This document shows, one piece after another, positions 1 to 10,440 of a stretch of 64,000 nucleotides of DNA. Position 1 is the stretch's first letter. Every line of letters starts with the position of its first letter. Source of the DNA: a virus; IMG/VR virus record IMGVR_UViG_3300047095_000292, positions 27,908 to 91,907 of that record; one strand, written 5' to 3'. Position numbers and translations under genes: made by a program. The notes under the pieces were generated by a model. It was not told the origin of the DNA, did not search any database, and saw only the letters and a program-made list of their open reading frames with translations.

Positions 1-159
1 TTTTATTGTCTTCGTTACTGTACTAGTAGCTGTGACTGCATCAGTGCCAAAATTATATGCGGTATTATTCTTTTGTGTCAATGTAACATTAGAAGCAAGA
101 TCTTTAACAGCATTAAATGCTTTCTTAATCTGCGTCTTGATCATGCTATTGTAACCCAT
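1..159 (-). CDS. Partial ORF running off the window, probable head-closure/neck protein (MGYNSMIKTQIKKAFNAVKDLAS...)
   Basis: ATG at 159 overlaps the stop of the adaptor gene; open to position 1; function inferred from position only. Confidence 0.55.
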   Translation of the reverse strand, partial: MGYNSMIKTQIKKAFNAVKDLASNVTLTQKNNTAYNFGTDAVTATSTVTKTIK

Positions 160-638
160 TAGTTAGCCCTCCACCAGCTATTAGCGCCAGCGTTAACTAG
201 TAATGGTTTGATCAATCGGCGAACGTTTGCCGGAATCAGACTAGGTGGAATGATTGTTGTAAGAGCAACTGAGCCTACCTTAAGATCATTTACAACACCG
301 GTATCATCAAGCAAACCATCATTTAAAAGCATATGATGTGCAAGCTCAATATTAGCAGTTATAATACGACTTGGTACCTCAGTCTCTGACAGAGTAATAT
401 TAGTACCAAGACGTGGATCGAAGTAATAGGCAGAACGCGGAAAAGCTAAAGGTTGTGATTCACCTATGGCTGTGCCTGCCCAAGATTGATCATTCAATAC
501 ACTTGCAGCAGTGACCAATGCTTGAGCTTTGGTGGCAGCGTCTGCTGATGTCCATGCTGCTACATCAAGACGATCCGCAAAGTAAGTATCAGCTTCAGCC
601 ACAGTAGCGTATGAATTTGTTCCTTTGGATAGAGCCAT
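159..638 (-). CDS. Head-tail adaptor, DnaT-like family
   Basis: N-terminal NSYATVAEADTYF and QPLAFPR motifs typical of DnaT-like phage adaptors; directly after the major capsid gene. Confidence 0.75.
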   Translation of the reverse strand: MALSKGTNSYATVAEADTYFADRLDVAAWTSADAATKAQALVTAASVLNDQSWAGTAIGESQPLAFPRSAYYFDPRLGTNITLSETEVPSRIITANIELAHHMLLNDGLLDDTGVVNDLKVGSVALTTIIPPSLIPANVRRLIKPLLVNAGANSWWRAN

Positions 639-655
639 AGGTGTTTCCTTTAATC

Positions 656-1912
656 TTAGGAGTGGAACACTGGCAGAATGCCAAGACTTAGAGCAGAACT
701 GGCCTTACGCTTCCAAGTACCGGAAGTAGTGGTAGTCATTGCAGTCAGGTCAGTCAGCAGCTGAGGCATAGAAGCAGCGATAGCACCGGCAGTGTGCACA
801 TCGGTAGTTGCAGGAGTACCACCAGTACAGCCTGCGGTATCAACCACGTAACCATAATGTGCATCTGACGGGAACTGAGTCGTTAGACCGTTCCAATCGT
901 AACCGCCTGGATGTGCAACATAACCCCAACGATACCAGATGTCGGTAGTACCACCACCACCATATGCGCGAGCATCACGATAGATTTCAACTGGAGTAGG
1001 AACAGCCAGTGATTCCATAGCAATAGAGCCAGGCAGTACGATGAAGGAGGTCTTAGTACCAACGATATCAACACCAGCACCAGCATTAAGCTTAGCTAGT
1101 TGTGCAGTGCTAAAACTCTGAGCAGCACGAGTCTGGATCAGACGGAACTTACCACCGAAGATAGTGTCAAAAGTGACATTGGCTTCAGTTACTTTGGTCT
1201 CATCTACTAGATTAGCTGAACGCAATGATGCGAGCGTCTCTGGACTAACAACTAGATAAGCAAAGTCTGGCTCGTAGTCTTTCCATGCCATACCGACAGC
1301 ATTCAGGAAGCCTTCTGCACGAGCAGCACCTTGGATAGCAGTAGTAGCGGCAATAACAGGTTGAGCAGCACCGAGGTCCACGTAAAAGCCATACTTCATA
1401 TCAGTAGGATCATTGGTGAAGCTTTGACCACCTAGACCAGTTGCGGTAGAACCAGTAGCAGTACCATATAGAGCTTCGGAGGTTGCTACACCTTTCAGAA
1501 CAGCAAGAATAGCATTGTGCTCATCCTGTGAACGAGTCTCACCGAAGTCACGACCAATCTTGGCCAGACCATCAACCTGAGTAATAACTTGCTGCATATT
1601 TACTTGGTTAGCGCCATGCGTACGGACAGTCTTGACATAGGTCGAGAAATCTGACGTGTAGTTAGTAGCAACACCAGCAGTAGAGGCGGTCAGTGAAGCA
1701 ACGTTAATGGTAGGGTTAATTGGCTTGAACCAACGAACTTGTCCAATGAAGGTCTCAGTGGAAGTGTCAATGTTAGGGTTCGGGCCAACAATACCTGTGC
1801 CTGAAAGCTTCTTTGCATTGGTATAAGCCTCGTCACTATAAGCACCAATAGCTGCTTGTAGAGCATAGGTGTTATTACTAGGGGATGCTGCTTGGGTGTA
1901 AATTTGAGCCAT
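656..1912 (-). CDS. Major capsid protein
   Basis: 418 aa, after the scaffold and before the adaptor; C-terminal GGGTTDIWYRWGYVAHPGGYDW resembles coat-protein motifs. Confidence 0.8.
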   Translation of the reverse strand: MAQIYTQAASPSNNTYALQAAIGAYSDEAYTNAKKLSGTGIVGPNPNIDTSTETFIGQVRWFKPINPTINVASLTASTAGVATNYTSDFSTYVKTVRTHGANQVNMQQVITQVDGLAKIGRDFGETRSQDEHNAILAVLKGVATSEALYGTATGSTATGLGGQSFTNDPTDMKYGFYVDLGAAQPVIAATTAIQGAARAEGFLNAVGMAWKDYEPDFAYLVVSPETLASLRSANLVDETKVTEANVTFDTIFGGKFRLIQTRAAQSFSTAQLAKLNAGAGVDIVGTKTSFIVLPGSIAMESLAVPTPVEIYRDARAYGGGGTTDIWYRWGYVAHPGGYDWNGLTTQFPSDAHYGYVVDTAGCTGGTPATTDVHTAGAIAASMPQLLTDLTAMTTTTSGTWKRKASSALSLGILPVFHS

Positions 1913-1924
1913 TTTAATTCCTTG

Positions 1925-2647
1925 TTAGAGTTTGCCCTCCGCTGCGAGTTTTAGAACTTCAGCTTGGGACATATTAAATAGAGATTTCTTACCAGTAGGT
2001 GCTTCGCCAGTTCCAGCACCGGAACCTTGACTACCACCACCAGTATTTACCTTTGCTTTGAATAGAAATGACTGTTCATCGTCTCTTGAAAAGGCTTCAC
2101 AATAGTCCTTGATAGAGATGCCAGTACGATGTACCCACTGGCCTTGCTCATTCTGAACCAGGTTACTAACAATCTCCTTATATGCCATATCAGAAGCTTT
2201 ATCGTTTCTGAAGGTGTAACTCTTAAGTGCATCGCGCACAGCAACATCACGGCTTAGTTCCGTGTTTTGCTTTCTAAGAGCTTCATTTGTGGCTTTTTCT
2301 TCAGCAAGACGCATTTCAAAAGCTTCTTTGTGTTTGCCATCTTCCTCAAGTTTCTTTAGAGTTTGTTCCCTTTCCTTTGCTTCGAACTCTGCATTCTTTT
2401 TAAGTGCAGCATCTCGTGCAGCGTAAGCTTTATCGAGATTTGCCTTAATAGGTGCTAGTTCTTTCTCAAGTCGATCTTTGACCAGTTTAGAGATCATATC
2501 CTGATCACGCTCTTCCTGAGATAGACGCGACAAACGTGCTGTCTCTGCCTCTTGCTCTGCAGCAACTCGTGCGGCTTCCGCTTCTGCGTCCTTTACGGCT
2601 TGTGCAGCAGCTTCAGCTTCGGCAGCAATCTTTTCTTCTTCAGTCAT
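1925..2647 (-). CDS. Capsid scaffolding protein
   Basis: Charged coiled coil followed by FLFK...GGGSQG linker; directly upstream of the capsid gene. Confidence 0.75.
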   Translation of the reverse strand: MTEEEKIAAEAEAAAQAVKDAEAEAARVAAEQEAETARLSRLSQEERDQDMISKLVKDRLEKELAPIKANLDKAYAARDAALKKNAEFEAKEREQTLKKLEEDGKHKEAFEMRLAEEKATNEALRKQNTELSRDVAVRDALKSYTFRNDKASDMAYKEIVSNLVQNEQGQWVHRTGISIKDYCEAFSRDDEQSFLFKAKVNTGGGSQGSGAGTGEAPTGKKSLFNMSQAEVLKLAAEGKL

Positions 2648-2705
2648 TTTATTTTCCTTTACGAGTACAACTCGCTTTAATTATAAGAGTTACAAACTCT
2701 AAGAT

Positions 2706-5700
2706 TTAACCGATTCCATACCAGTACCTGTTATCTTTAAACTGTCCAGGGACAGCTGCAAGGATATCTTCTCTGGTTAGAATATCTGCCTGCGTTAATA
2801 GCTTACCATCGATCCTTGACCTTCCAGCCACAGGTATCAGACCAATATCGATAGCTTCATTCATGTACTTTAGATATAACTCACGCGGCATTCCGCGAGC
2901 GTACATTTCATCTAGAGTAGCTTTTATTGATTCACTTTGTACTGCTCTTGCATAGATTTCTTTTAAGGCCTGACGAGATTCTAACATATCTGCTGCATTT
3001 GTAAAGAAGGCGTCGTGTCTTTGTGTTCAAAAATGTTCGTTAAACATTCTCAGTATTGTCGAGTTAGTTATTTAATAATTCTTCCAAGTGTTACCAATTC
3101 TTATTTGCCTAATAGTGCTAGGATGCGCATTGTAGCTAACTGCAATTTCAGCATCAGATATTCCATTCTTAATTTTAGATCTTATATCAGGAATGTTCTC
3201 TGCTGTTATCTTGCGGGTCCGCAACTTACCACCATAACGACCAATCACTTCAAGACCTAAATGTGTCCAGCTCTCGCCAAGGCGTATTGCGTTAATAGAT
3301 TGACGTGTGACACCATACATAGCAGCAATCGCGGTATCTTTATACCCTACTGACATATAGTATATAATATCAGGAATATCGTCCTCTACTAAAACAGATT
3401 CCGGTCTACCAGAACCATTTAGCATAAGACCTGTATCATACGCATGTTGGACGTTTTCACGAGGTGTTGCCCACGCTAGATTACCAACTACGTTATTATC
3501 TCTAATTCCGTCTAAATGATTTACTTGTGTTTTGTTTTCTGGATTAGGTATAAAAGCTTCTGCTACAAGTCTATGTACTTTCGCCCTGAATGGTTTACCA
3601 TCTACTTCTATTTTAAAATGTCTATAACCATTTTGCAATGAACCATACGTAAGCAAACCAGTGCTTTCGCGCCTTAATCGCCCCAAACTGCTTACAGCAT
3701 ATCTCTTATCTTTATTGCATATACACCAAAATTCTTCCATTACATTTACTCCTTGTGTCTCGACAACACATCTGCATATTACTGTGCAGAACAGACTATA
3801 TCTTCAACAGCCTTATTGCTAGCTGTTGCCCCGCGTTTCGAGCAGACTTCTGCCCTACTCTACTTGGTAGTTACACCGTTCGATAGTCGTTGCACCTTGC
3901 TCTTGCGAGCCTTGGCTCAGGATTGCCCTTATGAGGGTGTCCCCTGAATTAGCGGAGTTTTACTACGGCAAGTTATTCACCGTACCTGTTTGAATATTAT
4001 TCTTTTGTCCCCATAGATGAAATTGCTTTACGATAACCGCATCGTTCAGTTTGTTCAATAGTGTTCGTTAAACGCTATCGGTATTGCGCCAATTAGCATT
4101 TTACTTCCTTTAATGTTGCTTGGCGCGCAACACCTGCATGTCACCATGCAGCTCAGACTATCTCTTATACTATTACTAGTATCTCTACGTTTCGAGCAGA
4201 CTACTGCCCTATGGACTTCATCTTCTGTTCTAGAAGGTATGTCCTAGTCGTTGCACCTTCAAAACCATTCCTGGTTAAGCTTGGCTCAGGATTGACTCAT
4301 GGAGTGTTTCCCTGAATTAGTAGAGTTTATTCACAGCATTTTGTTTACTGTGATTACCGTTTACGGCGTAAGCCGTTCTAGCCTTGCCAGTATCTACAAT
4401 ATCGTTAATAGTACCTTTCTTATTTAGGAAGTACTGTTCCCATGTTGTAGGCTCTGTCTTTTGCTGTACCTGAATAATATTATTTATCCATTTACCTTCA
4501 GCATTTTTGTATGCAAGCTTCTCTTCAAAGGTCTGCGTAAATACCTGTTCCAGAGTTTTACCATCAAAGTTTACCCATGGAATATTAGTCCAAGACTTTG
4601 GTAGCTTATTATCGTAACCAACCTCAATACCTTTGGTAACATCGATACCGGCTATATCAAACTTACCGATTGTAAAGCCAGTCTTTCGATCAACAGGAGA
4701 TTTATAACCCATGATAATATTAGAGACAGTACTGTCTGGCACATATCCGGGAATACGATTAAGTATCTTTTCTTTAATACTTTCATCCTTAATCCCAAGT
4801 GTACGGCTTAACCATTTAGGTAGTCTCTTACCTGCTTTATAATCACCGTATATTGCAGTCTTTAGAGTAGACACAGGGGCAATACTAGCTGCCTTTGGTT
4901 TAGCATGTAAGGCATAATCCTCAGCAAGTCTACCGAAGAACTTAGTAAAGTCCTTTAAGATAGGTACTTGTGATCTTAAATTCTCGGACATGATCATTGC
5001 AATCTGTTGAAAATCGTCAGGTGTCACGACCTTGCCATATTCCCTGCTAAGTTTCTCAACAAAGTCTCTTGTACGGGGTTCAAGGAAATATAGTTGTTCA
5101 AGCATATCATCACCAGGAGCTAAGCCCTTATTGAACATATCCTTCACATCTTGTCGCAATGCCTTCAGTTCTCGATACATATCTGGATCGAATTTTTCAT
5201 ATCGAGCCATCCTTGCACTGATCTCCGACATGACAGCATCACGCTCACTGGCCTTTACAACAAGAAAATTTTCCTGCTTCTCTAATACCTTAGCAAGTTT
5301 GTTTTCTACGTTCATAATGCCTGTACGCTCGCCTGCTCCGTAAAATGTTACCATATTTTGCATTTATGTTTAGTATGATTCGTTAAGTCATACTGGTGTT
5401 ATTGTCAAGTTTGTTAATTAGTAATTAGTCCAAGTTTTCTTTGCTATTCTTAATACTACCCATATTACTTACGAAGTATGGTAAGTTGTCTATCTGTTTC
5501 CAAATCTCGTCCATTTTATACTTTCACATGTGTCTTGACAACACCCTGCATGTTACCATACAGATCAGACTATATCTTCAAAGTAGCATAGCTACGATGT
5601 CCCCCGTTTCGAACTCACTTGAGTCCTACGTCTTTCGACTAGTCGTTGAACCTTCAAAAGTGTTTCCACTTAAGCTTGGCTGCTGATTGTCCTGCAACAG

Positions 5701-8700
5701 GAGTTTCCAGCAATTAAAGGGATTTTACAAGACCAAAAATTAGCCTTGGAAGCCTTACGCAAATCTTTCTCTGTCAGACCTAGCTTCTTGTTAAGTTCTC
5801 TGAACCTTGGATCATTAAAGGTACTTGCTGCTATCTCGTCGTATAACCTCTGCTTCTGATTAGTAGGTACCACATTACTAAGTTGAGCTAATTGTTTATT
5901 CTTTGTGGCAAGTGCAATAATCTGTGCTCCAGAAGAGCTAGCATCTTGCTCTAGTGCGATGGCTATCTTATAGCTGTTAAGCCTCTTCAAGCTAGCCGCA
6001 GAATAATCACCTCCTAAGTATTCGTTTATCTTAGACATCTCTAAAGCAAACCGTAGGACTTTTCCCTGTTCCTCTCCGTCGATCTCCTGTAAAAATTTTG
6101 ATTCTAATATTTTGCGTATATCATTAGGCTTACCACGACGCATCTGATCACCAAGTTGTATCATGTCTTTGCGCCACAGTGTAGCAATCTGTTGTCTACC
6201 AAGTACTGATAGCGAGTTATACCTGTCTTCTAGATGATCAGATGCTCCACCTAGAAAGGCTCCTATCTGGTCCTGGAAGTTAGCAAACTCAATATCGCTA
6301 AAGTTCTTAGCCTGCGCCGTGTTTAAAAACGGTCTACGTTTATGTTCAACAGTATTCGTTAGATACTGCCAGTACTTACCAAGCATTGTTATTGTTTAAT
6401 AGTTTTTCCAGGTCTTACCAGATATAATGCCAGAGATAGTGCCGCTATGCACATTATAATCTCTGCCAATAGAAGCTAAACTTTCTCCAAGTTCGTGTCT
6501 AGTTCGTATATCTGGAATATCCTTACCTGATAGTTTTTTCTCACATATGCTACTTTTAGGACTCTTAGCTGGAAACACTAAGTCTGGTCTAACTTGTTTC
6601 CATGTATCCAAGGTTCGTATCTTAGATATTGTTCCTTTATTAACACCAAACAGCAATCCTATTTCGGTATTATTTAACTCATATTCTACAAATAGCTTTT
6701 TAATATTTTCGACATTCTCTTCATTTAGAACAGCTATGTATGTATCCGAACCAGAAACGCACATATCATTTGACCAAGCGTGTTTCATATTATCTACATG
6801 CGAAAGCCATTCTAAGTTTTCTACTCGATTATCCGTTTTCACTCCATTGATATGATTAACTTCAAGTGATAGATCTTTATTTTCTATAAACGTTATTGCA
6901 ACCAGACGATGCACTGCAATCGTAATATCATCTATATTTACAGCTAGATAACCTTTGCAGTTATCTTTAACTTTTAGCAGTTTCTCACTTTTATTCGACC
7001 ATACATTTCCTAGAGTGCTAATTAAATACTGCGTATTCTTATACTGTTTCCAAATTTCTGTCATGTTAATCTTCCATGTCGTGCTTGGCAGCACTTCTGC
7101 AATTTCGTTTCCTTATATGCAGACCAGACTATATCATCACCGCTGTCATAACAGTACGGTGTTGCGCGCTTCCATCGGACTTCCGATGTACTCCCGTAGG
7201 ATAGTCGTTGAACCTTCAAATTCATTTCTGAATAAGCTTGGCTGCTGATTGTCCATTAACGTATGGAGTTTCCAGCAATTCACGCAATTTTCGATGTATA
7301 TTACTATACAAAGCTTCTGATAACAAAAGTTTCTCCGCTTTGAGGCCCAATAAAGCCTCGTTCATATATACGTGCGCGATGATCTAGGAAGGGATGATTG
7401 CTGAATGCAACATCCTTTGTCCTAAGCCATTTCATTGACTTAAGCCTCTCATATGCATCACCACGTTCAATCATATACTCACGATACTTGTTCAAATCAT
7501 TGTAATACTTAGCTGCACCCTTATCATCTTGAAAGTTTATAAGCTTCTCAATGAAATCATGAAAGTCTGGATCTACCTTGTATTTTGCTGACGCTGCCCA
7601 ATTAAGAGCCCTTGTCATATCTTTATCAATTAACTTGGCAGGGAAATCGCTAAAGGAACTTGTAGATGTAATAGGAATTCGAGTATCCATTAGTCCATAC
7701 ATACCCCTATCAACAAAGTATGTTTTATAGCCCTCACGTATCAAGAGTCTATTACTATCTACAGTAACACCAACACGAAGACCCACATCTACCTTTCGAG
7801 TAAGTCTAGCATACTCTTGAATCCTGGGATCTACAATTCGTAGATTCACTGAGAATGTATCATAGTATGGACCAAAATATGCTCCAAAGTTTCTACTCTT
7901 CATTCTACGTTTCTGTACGCCAAAGGTCTCTAATTCATAGAAGCCCTTACCATGCGCGTCATCTAACAGCTTTACTCCAAGATTATACCATTCGTTACGG
8001 CTACCACGATAGTTAGCCATATTATATAAGTCACGGCCTAGTGCAACTGCTAATTGGTCTCTATCAGGTGAGTCTGCTAGACTAAGACGCCTTGCAAACT
8101 TTAAATAGAAATTATCCAACTGTTCATCATCTAGCCTTATCTTTAATTTAGCGGGTAGCCTGAAGTCTAGTATGTTACGTAACTCTTTAGCGATCTTCGG
8201 AGCAGTGCGATCTTCCCATTTATTCTTAGCAATTATATTAGAAATAAAGTTATCATGTAGCTCTTGTAACTGAGTTGGACCAAGAACTGGATCAATATAA
8301 TTAGCTTGCTTTAATTTGAAAAGAAGATTAGCATCTTTTCTAATTTGAGTCTCGATATAATCAGATACGTTCATAATATCAAACTTAATCTGACCTTGTA
8401 AGACAGCCTTCATGTTAGTCCATGGCTCTTTGTTATCACGAAAACGCCCAAAAGTTATCCGGAGATTTTCAGTAATTACTGCCCTCTCGTTAACACCCAT
8501 GTGATCTTCAAGGCCATCTACAAAGTTCTTAATGAACTCTTTATCTCTAGGTAGAAGAGACTCACTCTCATCTACAAGTTTATACGTATTACGCAATGTA
8601 TCAGGACTTGGTTGGTACATACGGGAATCATCGTACCTGCCAGTGATCGGATTATATTTTAAATTCTCTTCTCTAGGTGGTGATCCAAGTACTCTTGCCT

Positions 8701-9955
8701 TAGTATTCTTTTTATTATGTAGTAAAGTGCCTCGATAATTCGTAAGAGAAAGCGTACCATCTAGCTCTCCTGATTGCAATATGTAATATTCTTTAAGAGC
8801 TTTCTGGAGTTCCTTATTGTCATAAAATTCATCAGGTCTTGCTGCACCTAACTTAATTACATCCAGTCTCTCCTTCGCCAACGCGAATCTTCGAGTGTCA
8901 CCTGGAATTCCATACCCAGAGTCAGTAAGACCTCTAAGCTCTCTAATCCCGACGCTATTGCCGCCTGCATTAGAGAACTTGTCCAAGGTAAGCTGTCCTG
9001 ATCTAAATAGCTCAAGCTTTGTTGTATCGCCAATGTGCTTGAATTGCACCTCAACGGGTTGTCGTTGTAGCCACGCATTATATGATTCCTTAAGAGGAGT
9101 TTGTCCATCGTATAAGGCAATCTGTTTAGCTGACAATCCTTCAAAATTCCTTTTGCGAATTTGTGCAATACCCTCTAACGAACCGAGTTGGTCATAGCTC
9201 TTAACTATTGGTATTGTCGTCGATCTGCAGTACCAGTGTGCTGGTGGCAGATGCTCATGGTCACTTATCGGGTAGATAGTTCCATCCCTTGACGCACATA
9301 AAGGGGTAGTCCTAGAATCTAATACGGCAACATATTGCCATCCTTGTAATGCCTTTTCATTAGCTTTGTAAACTTCATGGTCAGCCTGAGCATATACACT
9401 TGTCGTAGCTGTAACTGTAAGGCCTTTAGCCTGATTCTTTGTTATATTAAAGGTAGACTTAGATATAGACTTAGCAATTTCATTTTCATTAAGACCTTCT
9501 GCTATACCTTTTCTAATCAGCCCTTCAATACGTATCTTCTCATTCTTTCCAATCCCTGCCCAGCCCTGATCTAGTGTTTTATCAAGGTATATCGGCCTGT
9601 GCAATACAATATCCTCTGCAACACGCCTAGGCGGTTGTGATACTCGCCAGATACGTCCAATTGCATCATCCATATTTTGAACAGCATAGGAAGTCTGATC
9701 CTTGAACAAGTCTAAGAGAGAACGGCTAGACACATTGTGTGCATCTGCCATTGTCTTTATAATTTCTTTATCGAGACTTGCTTGAAAGCCTTTAAAGCCT
9801 GTTCCACGTAACTTTGATTCTTTGATAAGACTATCAACGCGCACTGCATGTCCATCAATAATTAACTCTACTTTATTAGAAGTACGTTGCTCATATAAGC
9901 GTATCATTGCTGCACGATTGATACTCTTATCATAAATCTGTGTATTAACATTCAT
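2706..9955 (-). CDS. Spliced gene: MuF (SPP1 gp7-like) minor head domain fused to a T7-like single-subunit RNA polymerase, 1539 aa; exons 9955-7326, 6336-5742, 5360-4347, 4046-3979, 3018-2706
   Basis: MuF motif WQYVAVLDSRTTPLC...PPAHWYCRS; RNAP motifs DHRARIY, motif A EQDASSSGAQ, spliced motif B RKASKA|QNMVTFYG, NGNHS|ND, motif C TV|HDAF; exon lengths 2630+595+1014+68+313 = 4620 nt, in frame. Confidence 0.92.
3019..3978 (-). mobile_element. Group I intron 4 (960 nt) with HNH ORF, in RNAP motif C
   Basis: P1 UACGGU/GCCGUA; core like intron 3; terminal G 3019; GT|A splice gives TGTVHDAFF. Confidence 0.93.
3072..3740 (-). CDS. Intron-encoded NUMOD4/HNH homing endonuclease
   Basis: VSSLGR, VHRLVAEAFIPNPENKTQVNHLDGIRDNNVVGNL, two HTH-like repeats, ends GNTWKNY. 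Confidence 0.9.
   Translation of the reverse strand: MEEFWCICNKDKRYAVSSLGRLRRESTGLLTYGSLQNGYRHFKIEVDGKPFRAKVHRLVAEAFIPNPENKTQVNHLDGIRDNNVVGNLAWATPRENVQHAYDTGLMLNGSGRPESVLVEDDIPDIIYYMSVGYKDTAIAAMYGVTRQSINAIRLGESWTHLGLEVIGRYGGKLRTRKITAENIPDIRSKIKNGISDAEIAVSYNAHPSTIRQIRIGNTWKNY
4047..4346 (-). mobile_element. Group I intron 3 (300 nt), ORF-less
   Basis: P1 UCACAGU/GCUGUGA; elements AATTCAGGGAAAC, AATCCTGAGCCAAG, GGTGCAACGACTA, GAGATAGTCTG; terminal G 4047; splicing gives NGNHS|NDAV. Confidence 0.92.
5361..5741 (-). mobile_element. Group I intron 2 (381 nt), in RNAP motif B
   Basis: P1 CAAGGCU/GGUCUUG with U.G at the splice site; same core elements as intron 1; terminal G 5361; splicing restores R-x3-K-x7-YG. 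Confidence 0.93.
5418..5514 (-). pseudogene. Internally deleted homing endonuclease relic in intron 2
   Basis: MDEIWKQIDNLPYFVSNMGSIKNS (NUMOD4 start) joined out of frame to KKTWTNY*, matching the G[K/N]TWKNY* ends of the intact intron HNHs. Confidence 0.8.
6337..7325 (-). mobile_element. Group I intron 1 (989 nt) with HNH ORF
   Basis: P1 U.G pair at ACT TT|; core elements AATTGCTGGAAACTCC, AATCAGCAGCCAAG, GGTTCAACGACTA, GATATAGTCTG; terminal G at 6337; splicing gives GETFRPFLN. Confidence 0.92.
6396..7064 (-). CDS. Intron-encoded NUMOD4/HNH homing endonuclease
   Basis: MTEIWK...ISTLG (NUMOD4), VHRLVA...VNHINGVKTDNRVENLEW (HNH), two C-terminal HTH-like repeats; likely start ATG 7064. Confidence 0.9.
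   Translation of the reverse strand: MTEIWKQYKNTQYLISTLGNVWSNKSEKLLKVKDNCKGYLAVNIDDITIAVHRLVAITFIENKDLSLEVNHINGVKTDNRVENLEWLSHVDNMKHAWSNDMCVSGSDTYIAVLNEENVENIKKLFVEYELNNTEIGLLFGVNKGTISKIRTLDTWKQVRPDLVFPAKSPKSSICEKKLSGKDIPDIRTRHELGESLASIGRDYNVHSGTISGIISGKTWKNY
8136..8159 (-). promoter_or_regulatory. Candidate phage RNAP promoter inside the MuF-RNAP gene
   Basis: GCTACCCGCTAAATTAAAGATAAG, near-identical to the intergenic copy at 24246-24269. Confidence 0.45.
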
Positions 9956-9963
9956 GATAATCC

Positions 9964-10440
9964 TTAGGACGGCTTATGAAATTCCCCATGATGTTCAGCC
10001 GTAACAGCATCACGAGCCTTGCTTGCTTCCTCTGCAGTATCGTATAGACCGATAGTATGGCGGTTTCCATCAACCACCACCCTCGCCCTCCACTTACCAC
10101 TAAATTTATCTATCCCTTTAAATCCTGACGTGTTAGTACTAGGTGCATTTCTATTCTGCATATTTTGTTCGGCAGTAGCAGGTCGCAAATTTTTTATACG
10201 GTTATTGAGACGATTAGTATCTCTATGATCAACTTTCTCAGGTATGTCGTCATGATGCAACATATAGATCAATCGATGGACCTTATATGTTTTACCACCA
10301 TATTTCACCTGCAGATAGCCTTCGCTATTCTTAGTGCCCACAGGAGAACCCTTAACTATTGAAGGGCCTCCATTAATATTCCAGAACAATTGACCGTCTT
10401 TATAGTAGAATGTTTCTTTAATCTGCTTCTGGGTCAGCAT
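9964..10440 (-). CDS. Free-standing HNH-AP2 endonuclease
   Basis: VHRLIY...VDHRDTNRLNNRIKNL, then SGFKGI...WRA...IGLYDTAEEA; likely start MLTQKQ at 10440. Confidence 0.88.
   Translation of the reverse strand: MLTQKQIKETFYYKDGQLFWNINGGPSIVKGSPVGTKNSEGYLQVKYGGKTYKVHRLIYMLHHDDIPEKVDHRDTNRLNNRIKNLRPATAEQNMQNRNAPSTNTSGFKGIDKFSGKWRARVVVDGNRHTIGLYDTAEEASKARDAVTAEHHGEFHKPS

Noticed and set aside
2706-9955. Broken or pseudogenised RNAP, multi-subunit split RNAP, or inteins
   Set aside because: The interruptions contain stop codons and complete group I RNA cores, and precise removal gives one open frame with intact motifs; there are no intein Cys...His-Asn ends.
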